From Dimorphilus gyrociliatus (taxonomy: Eukaryota; Animalia; Annelida), in the NCBI GenBank assembly GCA_904063045.1, contig CAJFCJ010000090.1:1-48135 (forward strand): a stretch of 48,135 nucleotides of DNA, in the 5' to 3' direction. This document shows, one piece after another, positions 24,273 through 37,400 of the stretch (position 1 is its first letter; each line of letters starts with the position of its first letter). The notes under the pieces are model-generated. The model ran no database searches, was not told the DNA's origin, and was given only the letters and a program-made list of their open reading frames with translations. The position numbers and the translations under genes were made by a program.

Positions 24273-26646
24273 TCAGTAGTAATCTTTACTTATAACTTGT
24301 GAGTTATCTATTTCAAGAATTGTATCCCTATCATTTCCATTCTTGTGATCGATATGAATGACAAACAGTTGATTATTTCCATTCCAATAAGATATACTAA
24401 ATGAATGGTCTGCATTATTCTGAGAATTTAGTCCAAAAGTAAACCCTATAAAGCTGTTTTTGAGATATGATGGAATATAATAGAACAACAAGGTATTTCC
24501 AACTATATCAAAGGTTTTTTCAGGGATTTCTGCAAAGATAAGATAAAATTCATGAATAGGATTAGAGATATGGGATAAATAAACCATTTGTGTAAATTTG
24601 AATATAAGCATAATCCAGATTGTAATGTACTTTGGGATAAGTACTAATAAATGTTAATGTTAAAAATGATTCAATAGAATATCCTTCATAATTAAAACAT
24701 TGTCTCAATCTTGAATTTGGAAAATTTAGCATTTGAATTAGATTAGAACTCCAATCAACTTGAACAGTTTTTAGTAGAGTTACATTTCTATATTCTCTAT
24801 TTAAAAATAATAATTTTTGTTTTACTGCAAGATAATGATCAATAAACTCTTTTTTTCTGTTTACCTTCCAGCTACACAGAGTCATTTTGGTGAAATTCCA
24901 TCAGCCAAGATCAATTTATATTTTATATTAAGGCAATTTCCAGGTGAACACTGGGCTATCCAGTCTGCTGTAAGCCCAAGTGAAAAGTTAGTTTAGAGCA
25001 TAGGTACAAGTTGATTGTGAATGTGAAGATTCACAAGATGATCCCTTGGCTACAGTAGCTAAATTTGTCATGTGCCTTTCTCTTTCACCACCTGAAAATC
25101 ATATGCGAATGCTAGTGGAGGGGTTGGGAAAAAACGTCCCTGGAAACAAAAGCAGGAAAGTACAGCTATTAAAAGAGAAATGAGTTATTTCCTTGTATTG
25201 TCTGTAAGTGAAAGATAAATTTTTCATTTCTTGGCAATATTCAGGTTAATTTGTTTTTTAAGCATTGAAACTCTGTTATTGATTTGGTTTATTGAATATT
25301 ACAAGATTATACATTTTTTTAAGAACCCTTCTATCCTGTCAGTTATTATTTATAATTTTTGTATTGGCAGCCATATTTGATATTTGAAAGTTAATTTACT
25401 TTTGCAGAAACATTGAAAGTACTTGGATTAAGCATTCAATTTGGACACCAAATTGTTGGTCTGTATTTGGTCTTACCATCAGGACCAACAATGATGTTGA
25501 AGGATGGCACATAAGAATATATGAAAAGACTCCTGCAGAAGGCTCATTTTATATGCTCATAGATATTTTAAAACAGGAATCAAGTCTTATTCCAGTTGTA
25601 GAGAAACTTCTATCAGAAAAAAGGCTAAAGAAGTATCAGAAGAAAAGTGTCATCCAGAAGCAGAACCAAGTATATGCTGTTTGGGATGAATACAGATTGA
25701 GAATGGTTACATCTGCTGTCCTCTTGCTGAAGATTGCATTAATCTATTCAAAATAATTCTCAGTGTCTTAGCATAATTTTTACTTTATTCTGGTAACTTT
25801 TAAACTTTGTATAACATTCTTAGCTTTTTTCATTTTTAATACATTTTAATAAACATATATTGATTATTAATTATTATATTCTCAGTATATTGTCATTGGT
25901 TCCCTAAATAGAGCAATCTTTTTAAAATTCAAATATCTTTTCCCACTACTTGTTTTTCCCAACCTTGGGAGGTTTTTTCCCACCTTGGGACGTTTTTTCC
26001 CAGGGACGTTTTTCCCAAGGACGTTTTTTCCCATACTCCTAGTGGAGAATCATTTACAAAATGATATATACCTTCTTGAAAGGTGTATGCCAAGACACTT
26101 CCCAATCCATAGTTATATGTTCCATAGCCCTTTAAGGCTGTTGCTTTTATCCATTCAGTATTTTCACCTGTTGAATTAGGTAAGAGAAAACATTTTTCAA
26201 AGTTGATATTATCAAGTTGAACAACGTAGCTAGCTCCATTACTGAACTCTAGTTTAACTTGTTTAATTAATTCAGAGGCGATTTGTATTCTTTGCTCAAT
26301 GCAAATTTCGGCAATATCAAATGTAGATGCAAATGTGATTTTTAAATATTCACTTTCACAGGCGGTTGATTGACATGATGCTGTCCAATCACGATAGTTA
26401 ATCCAGTGAGGATCTAGAGCATTTTCACAAACATATGTATAGTCTCTCAAATTTGCTATAGCTGACGTTGCTTCACAACTTCCTCCATTTTCCTTCCTGC
26501 AAACGTTTATCAATGTCCCAATTGGAAATGGAGAAATATTTTTCCATAGAGATTTGAAAATGATTAATACATTAACCTGAAGGAAAAGATGAATGATACA
26601 CGAAAAGTGAGGAGAAATAGATGAACAGAAGGAGCAAGTTTTCCAT
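24273..26646 (-). pseudogene. Secreted protein with two discoidin/F5-8C-like repeats, pseudogenised; MULE in intron
   Basis: Signal MENLLLLFIYFSSLFVYHSS; repeat 1 GGSCEATS..YVCENALD..RDWTASCQSTAC..LKITF; repeat 2 (24850-25070) KGSSCESS..CTYAL..ADWIAQCSPGNC with stops and frameshifts. The family call is tentative. Confidence 0.55.
25121..26038 (+). mobile_element. Internally deleted MULE with perfect 9-bp TSD
   Basis: TSD CTAGTGGAG at 25112-25120 and 26039-26047; inverted GGGAAAAAACGTCC ends; transposase C-terminus ESTWI..W.PNCWSVF..RTNNDVEGWH (25380-25756). Confidence 0.9.
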
Positions 26647-26793
26647 TCCTTGGTATCTAGCTAGTTTACATCTATTAACCCGAATCAATGTTGTTTGAAT
26701 AACAATAATTTACATGAGCAAAATCTAATTAAATATAGAATAATGATTAATTTATAAATCAATATGATCAAAATACATTAATAAGCCTAAGAC

Positions 26794-27728
26794 TGTACAC
26801 ATACATTCGTCAGCTATATTCTACAATAGAGAAGTAGTATTGAACCAGTATTGTACTATGCAGATAGCACTGATAAAGATAAGCAGTAGTGACCTAGTTT
26901 CCTGTAGGGCAATACATACACATTATGCAGCAATAAAACCTATTAAATTATATAAAGAATATTTGCTATTTGCAACCTAGCATTAATATTACAATTTATT
27001 AATCCATAAATTTATGATTTCGAACTAAAACTAGTTCAATTAATTATCAATTATGCTTAAATTCTAAGTTTAGATTATATTGACTATTCAACAGTATTGT
27101 ATACACAATACTGTTCTTTTTAACATGCATTAATCAGATATACTTCCTCCTTATATGCTGATGCTAAATTTACTAACTCAATCAATTGAATATCATTATT
27201 AAGGTAGAATATAAAAACGGTCAAATATACAATCTACATGTTTTCTTGATTGTTGGACTTGTCCTACTAAAATTGTTACATCTTATGCAACTCTCCAACC
27301 TTCGAAATTCAACTATTATTTAGAAGAGGAAAACAATAAAAACATGACCATATTTACAACTTTTCTTTGTCTTCAAATGTTACTTTTGTTTTTGTGAACA
27401 TTGAAATTTGTCAACTATCAACCCTTAAAAGAGTATATAAACCCTACGAAATTAACAGTTGATAGTTCAGTTTTCTAACCGTCAGCTAGTTGTTTAAACT
27501 AGCTTGTTTAGAACTAGAAGCTCATTTTACTCAATACATATTCTTTGGACGAAATACTGGTGTTTTGTTAATCAATTTCTACCGAAATTGCCTTTGTTAG
27601 ACTATTTGTGGACGAACTTTAAAGGTTCTATTTGGACCAGTACTTTGGCAAGTTGGTAAATGATTGGAAAGGACGATTACAGTTGTGACGAACCAGAAAT
27701 TCCTACAATTACAATACAACAAAGTACA
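26794..27728 (+). mobile_element. Complete solo LTR, family B (935 bp)
   Basis: TGTAC...GTACA termini, perfect 5-bp TSD AAGAC, TATATAAA at ~27434, and homologous copies elsewhere in the window. Confidence 0.9.
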
Positions 27729-28607
27729 AAGACCTTCAAATTAACTACTGTATATTTCAATTCCAATGAAATTCCAATTTCCAAGTAATTCAATAATTCA
27801 AGTGGATAAAAAGTAAAATACATATTTAAAGTGTGTATTAATAGAGAATAACTCTGGGTATACCTAAACACCAAATGCTGTAAAGTCAGCTATGTAAAAA
27901 GAAGAACAAGCTGAGTTTTTTTGACATATATCCACTTCTAATTCTCTAGAGGAATAGAAAATTCTTTTTGGAAAGGAAAATCCTTTAAAAAATTGATAAC
28001 AAACTAGCTGGCAATAGATTTTTTTGTCAAATATTTTATATATTTTTTTGATTTTAAATAACATATGGAGCCACTCTACAATTGAACACTTGTCCTAATA
28101 CAATTAATACATAGGTCTAAAGTCAGTTTTATTCAACAAATTTTCAATAATCACAGTAGGCGTTTTAATCAATATCATCAGAGAATGAACAACCAGAAAC
28201 TGATATCAACTGAAAACGCCCCCTTGGATCTGTTAAAGAAAAATACTAATCAGTCTGTATTAGATTTTTGTTTGAATAACACAACTAAAGATTTTTTGCA
28301 ATGGAAACTAAAATACATGTGAAAATGCTTCTTCATAGTTTTTCTGATGTGAATAATATGAATTATGAAAGTGATGATAAGGAAAATCATTGTAATGGCA
28401 TTTTTTACGAAATTAAAAATGATAAAACATACAAAGTATATATTTAAAATTGAATTCTTGTAGATAATTCATTACTGTAAATTTCTTAAATTAGATCAAA
28501 ATACAAATGATAATATTTCTATACCTAATTTAGCCTATAATAGATCTCTTACCTTTAAATAGAAATAGCAGTACAATACAGAAACTCTTAGCTAAGTTAT
28601 TCTCTTT

Positions 28608-29076
28608 NNNNNNNNNNNNNNNNNNNNNNNNNNNNNNNNNNNNNNNNNNNNNNNNNNNNNNNNNNNNNNNNNNNNNNNNNNNNNNNNNNNNNNNNNNNNN
28701 NNNNNNNNNNNNNNNNNNNNNNNNNNNNNNNNNNNNNNNNNNNNNNNNNNNNNNNNNNNNNNNNNNNNNNNNNNNNNNNNNNNNNNNNNNNNNNNNNNNN
28801 NNNNNNNNNNNNNNNNNNNNNNNNNNNNNNNNNNNNNNNNNNNNNNNNNNNNNNNNNNNNNNNNNNNNNNNNNNNNNNNNNNNNNNNNNNNNNNNNNNNN
28901 NNNNNNNNNNNNNNNNNNNNNNNNNNNNNNNNNNNNNNNNNNNNNNNNNNNNNNNNNNNNNNNNNNNNNNNNNNNNNNNNNNNNNNNNNNNNNNNNNNNN
29001 NNNNNNNNNNNNNNNNNNNNNNNNNNNNNNNNNNNNNNNNNNNNNNNNNNNNNNNNNNNNNNNNNNNNNNNNNNNN
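28608..29076. other. Assembly gap (469 N)
   Basis: Run of N. Confidence 0.99.
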
Positions 29077-29077
29077 C

Positions 29078-30111
29078 AATTTTTCATTTCGTCATCCTAT
29101 CTCAAATCCTTTAAGATCATTTATAATTGGAATTCCAGTGATTATGACATTTTTTTCAACAATTTCAGCTATAATTTCTCTTCCCAAAGTCCGAAAGGTT
29201 CCAAAAATATCAAAAATTCTAATAATAAATATATCTGTAGCTGATTTTTTAACTAATATTGTAACAATTCCAACATCATTGATTAGTTCAATTTATGGAG
29301 AATTTCCATTTGGATATGTTTATTGTCAAATTGCAGGTGTACTTGTAGCTACAAGTGCTATGACGTCTTTATGGACAATAGCCTTAATATCAGTTGATCG
29401 TTACTTTGCTGTAACTTGTCCAGAAAGGTGAGTAATTAACGTAATTATAACTATGAAACCATAACCATACTATTTTATTTTTGTAGGTATAAGAAGGTTA
29501 TCACTTATAAAAGAATGAAATTACTTATTCTTCTTTTTTGGTTAATCTTATGTTGCCAGAGTTGTTTACCTTTTATCTCATTTTTAAAATTTAATCTCTA
29601 CATTTTTCTTGACAATGAAATTGTATGTTCTCCACCAATTGAACCAAATTTTCAATCACTATTCTACATGGTTACCGGACCAATTTTATCATCTGTAACA
29701 ATTTTTTTATCATCTTTTAAAATTATTTCAATTCTAAGAAAGCAAAATATAAAAATTACCGTAAATTTGAAAAAGAATGGAAATATTTCAAAAAGGAATT
29801 TAAGAGTAATAAAATTATTAATTTTAACATTTTCAACATTTTACTTATTATGGATGCCATTTAATATTTGCTTTTTTGGTAGAATGTTTAGTAAAACATT
29901 CCAAACTAACATAACTTTTATTTGTAGTTTTATATTTCTTTGGATAGCATCTTTAAATAGTTTTGGCAATACTTTGATATATGTTTATGTAATTCCTTGT
30001 TTAAGAAAAACATTTTTCAATTTCTTCAATTGTTTTGCTTGTAAACGGCAAATCATTAATAAGTCTGTTCAAAAAAGAATTGAAAACAATACAGTTCAAA
30101 CAATTCAATAA
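29078..30111 (+). CDS. Orphan rhodopsin-like (class A) GPCR; N-terminus lies in or before the gap; one intron (~29430-29487)
   Basis: TM2 INISVADFL, ECL1 FPFGYVYC, TM3 ISVDRYFAV, TM6 LLWMPF, TM7 NSFGNTLIY. The frame is open back to the gap. Confidence 0.9.
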
Positions 30112-30260
30112 TTCAAATCGAATTTAAAATGTGTCAGCAAAGTTCCTTTACTCTCCTCATCCAATCTTTACCCTCTCAGTGGCAATTCAAAACTTATCTG
30201 ATTCATTTATTTCTTTACTAACAAACAACATTCAAATCTTTACAAAGACATGGTAACAAT

Positions 30261-30467
30261 GGGATCAACAGAAAACGGCCCCAAGTAGGATATTTGAAGG
30301 CAACTTTTTGGGTTGAGAAATGGTTAGGAGGAAAAAGGCATCTATTGATTTCTAGTTAGGAGGGTCCCATCTAAGGGTTAGGGGAAATGGAAATGGTTAA
30401 GGATACACAAGGGATGGTTTAGGGTTAGGGTAAAACCATGCTTTTGGGGCCGTTTTCTGTCGCATCC
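30261..30467 (+). mobile_element. 207-bp TTAGGG-bearing MITE
   Basis: TIR ACAGAAAACGGCCCCA/TGGGGCCGTTTTCTGT; 8-bp TSD GTAACAAT. Confidence 0.9.
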
Positions 30468-30702
30468 GTAACAATTCAGATGGAAGGCACTTGGTTACTA
30501 GCACCAACAATGATAACCTAATTGATAAGAACAAAATTAATTTTCTAAGTTAAGTTGGTTACTTATTATCTATTTTACCTACATTACATAATTATCATAT
30601 CATTTATTTCATTCTGGTTTTTATCATTTTTAGGCTTTTCATTCATGGTAATGAAATAGAAGATCATTTTATAAAAGAAAGCTCTTTATTATCCTCCTGT
30701 GA

Positions 30703-31493
30703 GTGATCACTTTTTTTGAAATTGAATCTATATTGGAAATAAATGATATTGATAAAGAAAATGATCATTCAGATATTGACCTAGAAAATTTTGATAAAAA
30801 TATAGAAAATATCACACTAGAAGATATTAAATTGCCATGTTTTAATATGAAGCATAGTTTACTTTTTAAACCTATTTTTGAAGATATGTTGTACTCTTTA
30901 AAATATGATAAACTTAAAATTCAATTTTCTCAACTCTCAAGGTATAATAATTCACTTATTCATCAAATACCAAATTCTTTGACAAAATGCAAATTGGAAA
31001 TTCAAGTTGATAATGACACAAATACATATAATGATGCCAAATATTTAAAATTCAAGTCAATTATTTCTTGGGAATATATTGAACATTCAGCATATCGAAT
31101 GGTGAAAGTAACATTACAAAAAGATGATAAAATTAAAGTAAAAAATCAAGCAAATTTAAACTACACGGCTCAGACTGCAACCACATTGGCAGAGTTGTTT
31201 ATCAAAATGGTTCTATTATTGAGATCATTGATAACTTTTTTCCAACAATGTTACTTATTTTCAAAGACTCATCCATGAAGTCCCAAGCTGAAACCAATAA
31301 TTTAGAGAAAATATACCTTCTGTTTTTTGAGCAGAGGCTGCCAAATATTATTATCAAAACTGAATCTTGCAATTGTAAAAAGTCTTTTTGTGCACACAGC
31401 AACTGTGGTTGTCGGAAATCGAAAAAAAGTTGTAATGAAAGATATGAATGTCAGAATAGTATCACTTGTAAGAACAAATACAGGGATGCTTGA
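30703..31493 (+). other. Frameshifted ORF ending in a CXC-like Cys cluster, probably transposon-derived
   Basis: CNCKKSFCAHSNCGCRKSKKSCNERYECQNSITCKNK (31360-31480); the upstream ORF is unrecognised. Confidence 0.4.
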
Positions 31494-32153
31494 ACATTTA
31501 AATTTCCAACTGAATTGTAGTTAAGGCTACATATCTTTTTATAATTGTTGACATTCTGATATCTATTAAAGAAAATTTGAAATTAGGCCTGTATAATTAT
31601 ATTAAAATTTTAGCAAATTAAATTTCTTATCGCATTCTGCAGAATCTTCATCTGTTCCATCATATCAATCATATACAAAATCACAAATAATATTTTTTTT
31701 TTACACTTACAGTTTACAACATTTTGATGACAATTGCATTGCTGCAAAGATACAATATGTATGGACATAAAATCACTTTATACTGTAGGCATCTAGCATT
31801 TTATAACTTTTACAACCTTCAGCTTAGAATGATGAAAACTAAGCCGCTATAAAATTTGTGGAGATGTAGTGATCATTTAAAATCTTTAAGGAAATTATTT
31901 TCTCATTTCATTCATCTGTTTTTCAAATATTTAAAAAAAATTCCAAATTACAAAAATATGATAATGTAAATGTATTTAAATAACTGTTGTAAATAATTTT
32001 TTCTTAAAACTACATAAGTATGATTAAAAGTTCGTATTATCAACCTTTGAAGAAAAATGTCAATTGAGCTATTTTGAAAGAATTTTACTTCTTTTATTTT
32101 TCTCTGTAAGTGAATTAATGAAATAAGACATGCATTAATAAGTGTTTTTTTTT

Positions 32154-32356
32154 AAATCAAGCCAAACCGCGAACGTGGTACTGTCAACAGGAACGAATAG
32201 AGTCAAACACCCATATAATTGACAGGAGTAAAACTGAGAAAGTATAAAAAAGGAGAAAACATAACAGTACGGTGTGAGCGAAATATCAAGAATTACAAAT
32301 AAAACTGAAACGAAATTATTTGATAATTTCGTGATACAAGTCGGTAAAAAATCTTG
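32154..32356 (+). mobile_element. Foldback-family element, single right arm (copy X)
   Basis: Reverse complement of 42642-42845; ends AATCTTG followed by TA. Confidence 0.75.
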
Positions 32357-32369
32357 TAAAGTTAGTTTA

Positions 32370-33165
32370 CAAGATTTATATTTTATTCGTATTAAGAAAT
32401 TATTATAATAATTTCGTTACAATTTATTTATAACTTCGTTTGGCTCTCACACTGTACTGTCACATATTTCCCCTTTTATACCTCACACGATTACTCTTGC
32501 CATTTAAGTGTGCGCTTGATTCTACTGATCTGGCTGTTGACTTTGTTACGTTTGCGATCTGACTTGATATCAAGTCAGACCAGATTTAGGAGTGTGAGTT
32601 TAGGTCACCTGCCAGATACAACAGCATTCACTGACACACACTTGCTGACACACACGCGCACACTGACACACACACACTGACACTAAACAATGTTTTGTTC
32701 AGTTAGTATTGATTACATCACTACTAGTTTTGTAAAGAGAGAAGAATAAGGTTGACATTTTTCAAGTGAATATACTGTATAGTGTGTATAAGTGCAGGAC
32801 CAGACGATGAAACTTGTTAATATAATGTAAACAAAACAAAGCTGTGTCAGTATGAATGTATGTGAGAGAGAAGAAATGAGTGTGTGTCATGTGTTGAGTG
32901 AAAGTGAGTAAGGTTCATATCATTGTCGGTTAACCTGACTCAGTATCATGTCACAGGTGAGGTCAAGTCAAGTCAAACCAAGGGACGTGGCGCAAACTTG
33001 GCACCACAAAAATGGGCAGAGTCAAATATCTGCCTTAGAGACACAAACGTATCAGACATGTATAAAAGGAACAAATGCAAAAGAACAATGGAAGCTAAAT
33101 CAAATCAAACGTAATACAAAACAACATATTCCGAAGCTCGTAATTAGAGTAGAGAATTTGTCTTG
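32370..33165. mobile_element. Foldback-family element, full length (copy Y, 796 bp)
   Basis: TA-CAAGAT...TCTTG-TA ends, diverged inverted arms, central CTGACA/CA then TGTCAG/TG microsatellite, 22-bp palindrome at 32558-32579. Confidence 0.75.
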
Positions 33166-33261
33166 TACTTAATGCATTTGCTTTTACAATAGAAGAGCAA
33201 AAATCATATTCTTTTTTCTTCTGTAAAACGTATAAAACTTTTCTTCTAATAGACACTGTGT

Positions 33262-33466
33262 CAAGAATTTATAGCCTCGTTTCACGAAACTGCTAACAAA
33301 TTTCGTTTCAATTTTATTTGTAATCAAATACCCAGTTAAGTGACGCTAGCAAGGTATAAAAGGAAGTGAATGTAATAGATCGGTGTGAGAGACCAAGAGT
33401 ACCTTAAAAACAATTTTATTCGGAATTGTTCGCAATTCCGTGCTACAAGCAATAAACAAAATCTTG
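33262..33466. mobile_element. Foldback-family element, internally deleted (copy W)
   Basis: Left-arm remnant (TCACGAAA...TTTCGTTTCAATTTTATTTGTAAT) fused to a right arm ending AATCTTG-TA. Confidence 0.65.
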
Positions 33467-34432
33467 TAAAGTAAATATACTCAAAACTAGACCAAAGTAG
33501 GCTAACAATACATAGATAATCTGGTGTTATCAATGTCTAAGTTTTAGAAGAACTAGAGACTGGTTTGTTTGAAGGTAAAATTTGACAAATTCCTTCTAAA
33601 AGAACTACTGAAAAAAGATCATTCCCAAAATTCCTAAGAAGTCTGACAAATTAACTGTTGACTAATTTAGGCTAAGGATGGGCTAGGGAATTGAGTTAAG
33701 GTCTGTTCCCATTCTCTGATATATGCTCAAAATCAAAATCTAGGCACAAACAGCAATCTTTAGGTAGAATTTATGCAATTTTAAGGATAAAAATTTGACA
33801 AGTTAGCTAATTTGAGTTAGATTCTTGTTTCTGACGTACAACAACTAGACAACTAGATTGATTGTTTGTTATAAAATTCAAGTAAAATTCAAGTTTTTGT
33901 CTATTTAAACTAATATTTTCTACTTTGAACATTTTCTATTTAAATATAAATCTTTAAATTGTTTCTTTTGTAAAAGTTTTCTGAGAAATTGCCCTAGAGC
34001 ATAAATATCAACTTCTGCCATATTACTTTTATTTACATCTAGATGATCAACAAGAAGATAACAGTTTCTCTTTGCATCTTCTTCCTATTTCAAATAGGTT
34101 TTTGAAAAATAAATTTAAATAGTTATTTAAATTTTTACCATTAAAAATACAGTTCCGAAATGAATATTTCCTAGTAATCCAAATTTGAAATCATGGCAGA
34201 ATTTTAAAGCTTGAACAATTTGTCTGATAGCTACAGCCAGAAATTGATAAGTTATATCCGGTGATTGCTTATAAAAATCTTTAAATGTTAATTTTTGCGA
34301 TTTATCATTGAGAATATGATATTTCCTAGTAACTTTTAAAAATTCAAGAACTACAAAAATGTAATATAAAATAAGAAATCTATCTCCAATAAATTTCCTT
34401 TAATATACTGACATTTCTTTAATTGATTTTGC

Positions 34433-37400
34433 TCAAAATTTAACAACCTTTCCTTCCTGAAAAAATTTTGTAGTAAAAAACAAGTTATTAAAAAAAAATA
34501 GTAATATTGACACTTGATCCTGCTTCCGTTTCCGTTTGTTACTTAGGTAAATTCTCAACTCATTCCAAGAATATAAAAATGGATTTATTACAGAATTCAA
34601 TGGTAAACAAATTATAACAAATCCAGCATAGACTTGTTTCTTTATTCTTAATGGTTGAATAACGGAATAAATACCTGAAAACTGGTATTAATTTTATGAA
34701 ATATAAGAAGTAAAATATAAAACCTAAAATTGAAATTGGAAAACAACAAATTAAATTCGTTGTTACAATTAAAAAAGTATTTAATAAAAGAGATTTTTGT
34801 CGATTTTCAAATATTTTCTTCTCTAAAATATCTTTTGTCTCCATAGCTTTTTTCCAAATTCTTATATATAAAATCATAACAAATATACAAATAATAGAAA
34901 GAAATATTCCAAAAATCATAAATGAAAACAACCATCCTTCAACTTTTTCGCTGGTTATATGAATAGAAAAGCATACTGGACTTTTTGAATAGTAACCCTG
35001 CATTTGTTTTTGGACATAAAATTTGAGATTAACTTGGAACATGTTGCATGTGTGTGTATGTTTGTTTAGAGTTTTTCGTGCTGGCTTTTAGTGTTACCCC
35101 CAGAGAAAATTGGATAGGGGTTGAGAATCTAACCCTGATCACTTAGGGTATCTGATCTATGGGTAAATTCTAGAAAAGACGCCCAAATCTTTGACAAATC
35201 CCAGACCCTAAACTTGCACGAAAAAACTCCCACTAATCTGTTTTTGGATCACACATACATTGTAAATAAGGTACGGTAAGATTGATGCTGCTGCAGAAAT
35301 TGCAACAATAATGCAGATTACTGTAGTAGTTAATTTTCTTGTAAATATATTCATAAATGGATAAATAACGTGTTGATATCGCTCAATCGTTATCAATAAA
35401 ATGCTAAATATAGAAAGTAAAAGAACCCAACTGCAAAATATTCCTATCACTGAACAAGTGACGCTATTTCTCCAATTATAATCATTTTCAATATAAATCC
35501 CTCTATACTGCAAATCTCTACTACCAATTACAAATAGATAAATTGACATTCCAAAATCAGCTAATGACAATGTAAAATAGAAGATATTCTTCTTCTTCCT
35601 ACACGTTAGATGAAAAATTAAACCTGCGCCATTTTGAATAAATGATGCAATGAACATAATCCACAAAGAAAATCTTAAAAAATTTGAATCGAACAAATCG
35701 GAACAAGAGTTAAAAGTTGACGAATTTGGTTGGCATTTTTGCAATTTTTTTGAGTACTTTTTAGCAAAACAACAAAGTGTAAAGAAATTACTATAAACTT
35801 GTTCAACCGACTCTAAAGGTTTTATTAAAGATAACCCATTTTCCAACGGGATATTTGAATGCTTTAAGGAGAATATCTGAAGATTTTTCAACGAATAAAA
35901 TGAACCTTTTGAAATACTTTTTAAACTGCATTTTTCAATTTTCAAAGTATTTAATAATTCAAGATCTAAAAATAGATTTTCATTCAAATTCATTAAATTA
36001 GTTGATGAAAAATCAATTGATCTCAATTGTTGATATTTTCGAAATGAGAATATTTCACTTAAAGATATCAAACTAAATTTCATATCAAGATATTGTAAAT
36101 TTGCTAAGTTGTTATTAAATGTAATGTCAAGGTCACATTTACTAGAAATCACCTTCATTACAACAATATTCGGAAATATGTATGAAAGTGATATATTTGT
36201 TAATGTGACATTGTAGATTGTTAAATAAGTTATTGACATTTGTTGGTTTTCAACGTCATTTGTTACAATTTTGCCACTGTTCATTGAAAGCTTTTTAAAA
36301 TGCCAAGAGATTTCTCTTAATTCAATTCTTCCTGGACCTAACCAACAACTTATTATGTAATTCAATGTACAATTGCAGTTGCTGAGACATTTCAAAGTTG
36401 TATTGCAGTAGAGTTCATCACTTCCTTTCCGACAGTCGACAATCCCATCACATACTTTAGCAATGCTTAGGAAATGATGATCAGTTTTGCATTTAAAATA
36501 TCCTTTTGGTTTGAAATAATCTTCAAAAATTAGAATTATGAGATTGTTAGTAAAAGAGAGAGAAAGAGAGAGTAGGAACACTAAAGTCTCGTGATAGGAT
36601 GGATAAAGTAAAATTTAATACTTTTAGCCATACCCCTAAGCTCTAAAATTGTACAACAGCATTGTTTCGTACATACCGCAATTTATTTCATCATCTCTAT
36701 GAATACAATGAGTAATTCCATCACAAATTAAATCAATACTTATGCAATATGGTATTAATTTACATTTATACTCTCCACTACTACATTGCAGAGGCTCACA
36801 ATTTGATACTTCATTAAAGGGATAATGGACTTTTGTAAGTAGATATCCAGTGGAGCTGTATTGTAGTTTACACTTAAATCTTTGGCGATTATGTAATGCG
36901 TTGTCAAATGTGCATTCTTGAAATTTTCCATATCTTTTAAGAAATCTTTTAAAACAATTGGAAATTTGTTCATCTTCTTCACTTTGACAATTTAATTGAA
37001 AATCACATGTCAATTCTTGAGGAATACATTGATTATCGCAAGGAGATTGGTATCCTTCACGACACTCTTTATAGTTTAAATAGACAAATGTTTTTCTTAA
37101 GTTTTAAAAAGGATTTAAAGAATTCACCTTGACCTTCTTTCACTTCTAAAGAATTGTGTAATGTACAATTTTCATCGCTAAAATCTAAACAATTGATTTC
37201 ATTGTCACAAAATAGATTCTTATCGATACATTGATTGTTTCTACATCTGAAAAAATGAAGAAACAATCATCAGTTTTTTCTAAAATTTATTCAACTTTTG
37301 CCCTTCAACGCATTTATTCCATTCTGTGTATAACAAAACAACAATGTTTACAATAGAGGGCGCTGTTATGTTCTCGACTCACTGCAATTTTTTTCATCCA

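Noticed and set aside
25929-26040. C-terminal WEKTSLGK repeats of the 194-aa ORF as real protein
   Set aside because: Read-through into MULE subterminal repeats inside an intron.
28530-29087. ORFs of 160-185 aa
   Set aside because: Artefacts of translating the N gap.
29138-30111. Opsin
   Set aside because: No Lys at the TM7 Schiff-base position.
32370-33165. DIRS or TRIM retroelement identity for the foldback element
   Set aside because: The promoter-like motifs face outward; there is no recombinase or RT, no internal complementary region and no TG...CA direct LTRs. Not fully excluded without a search.
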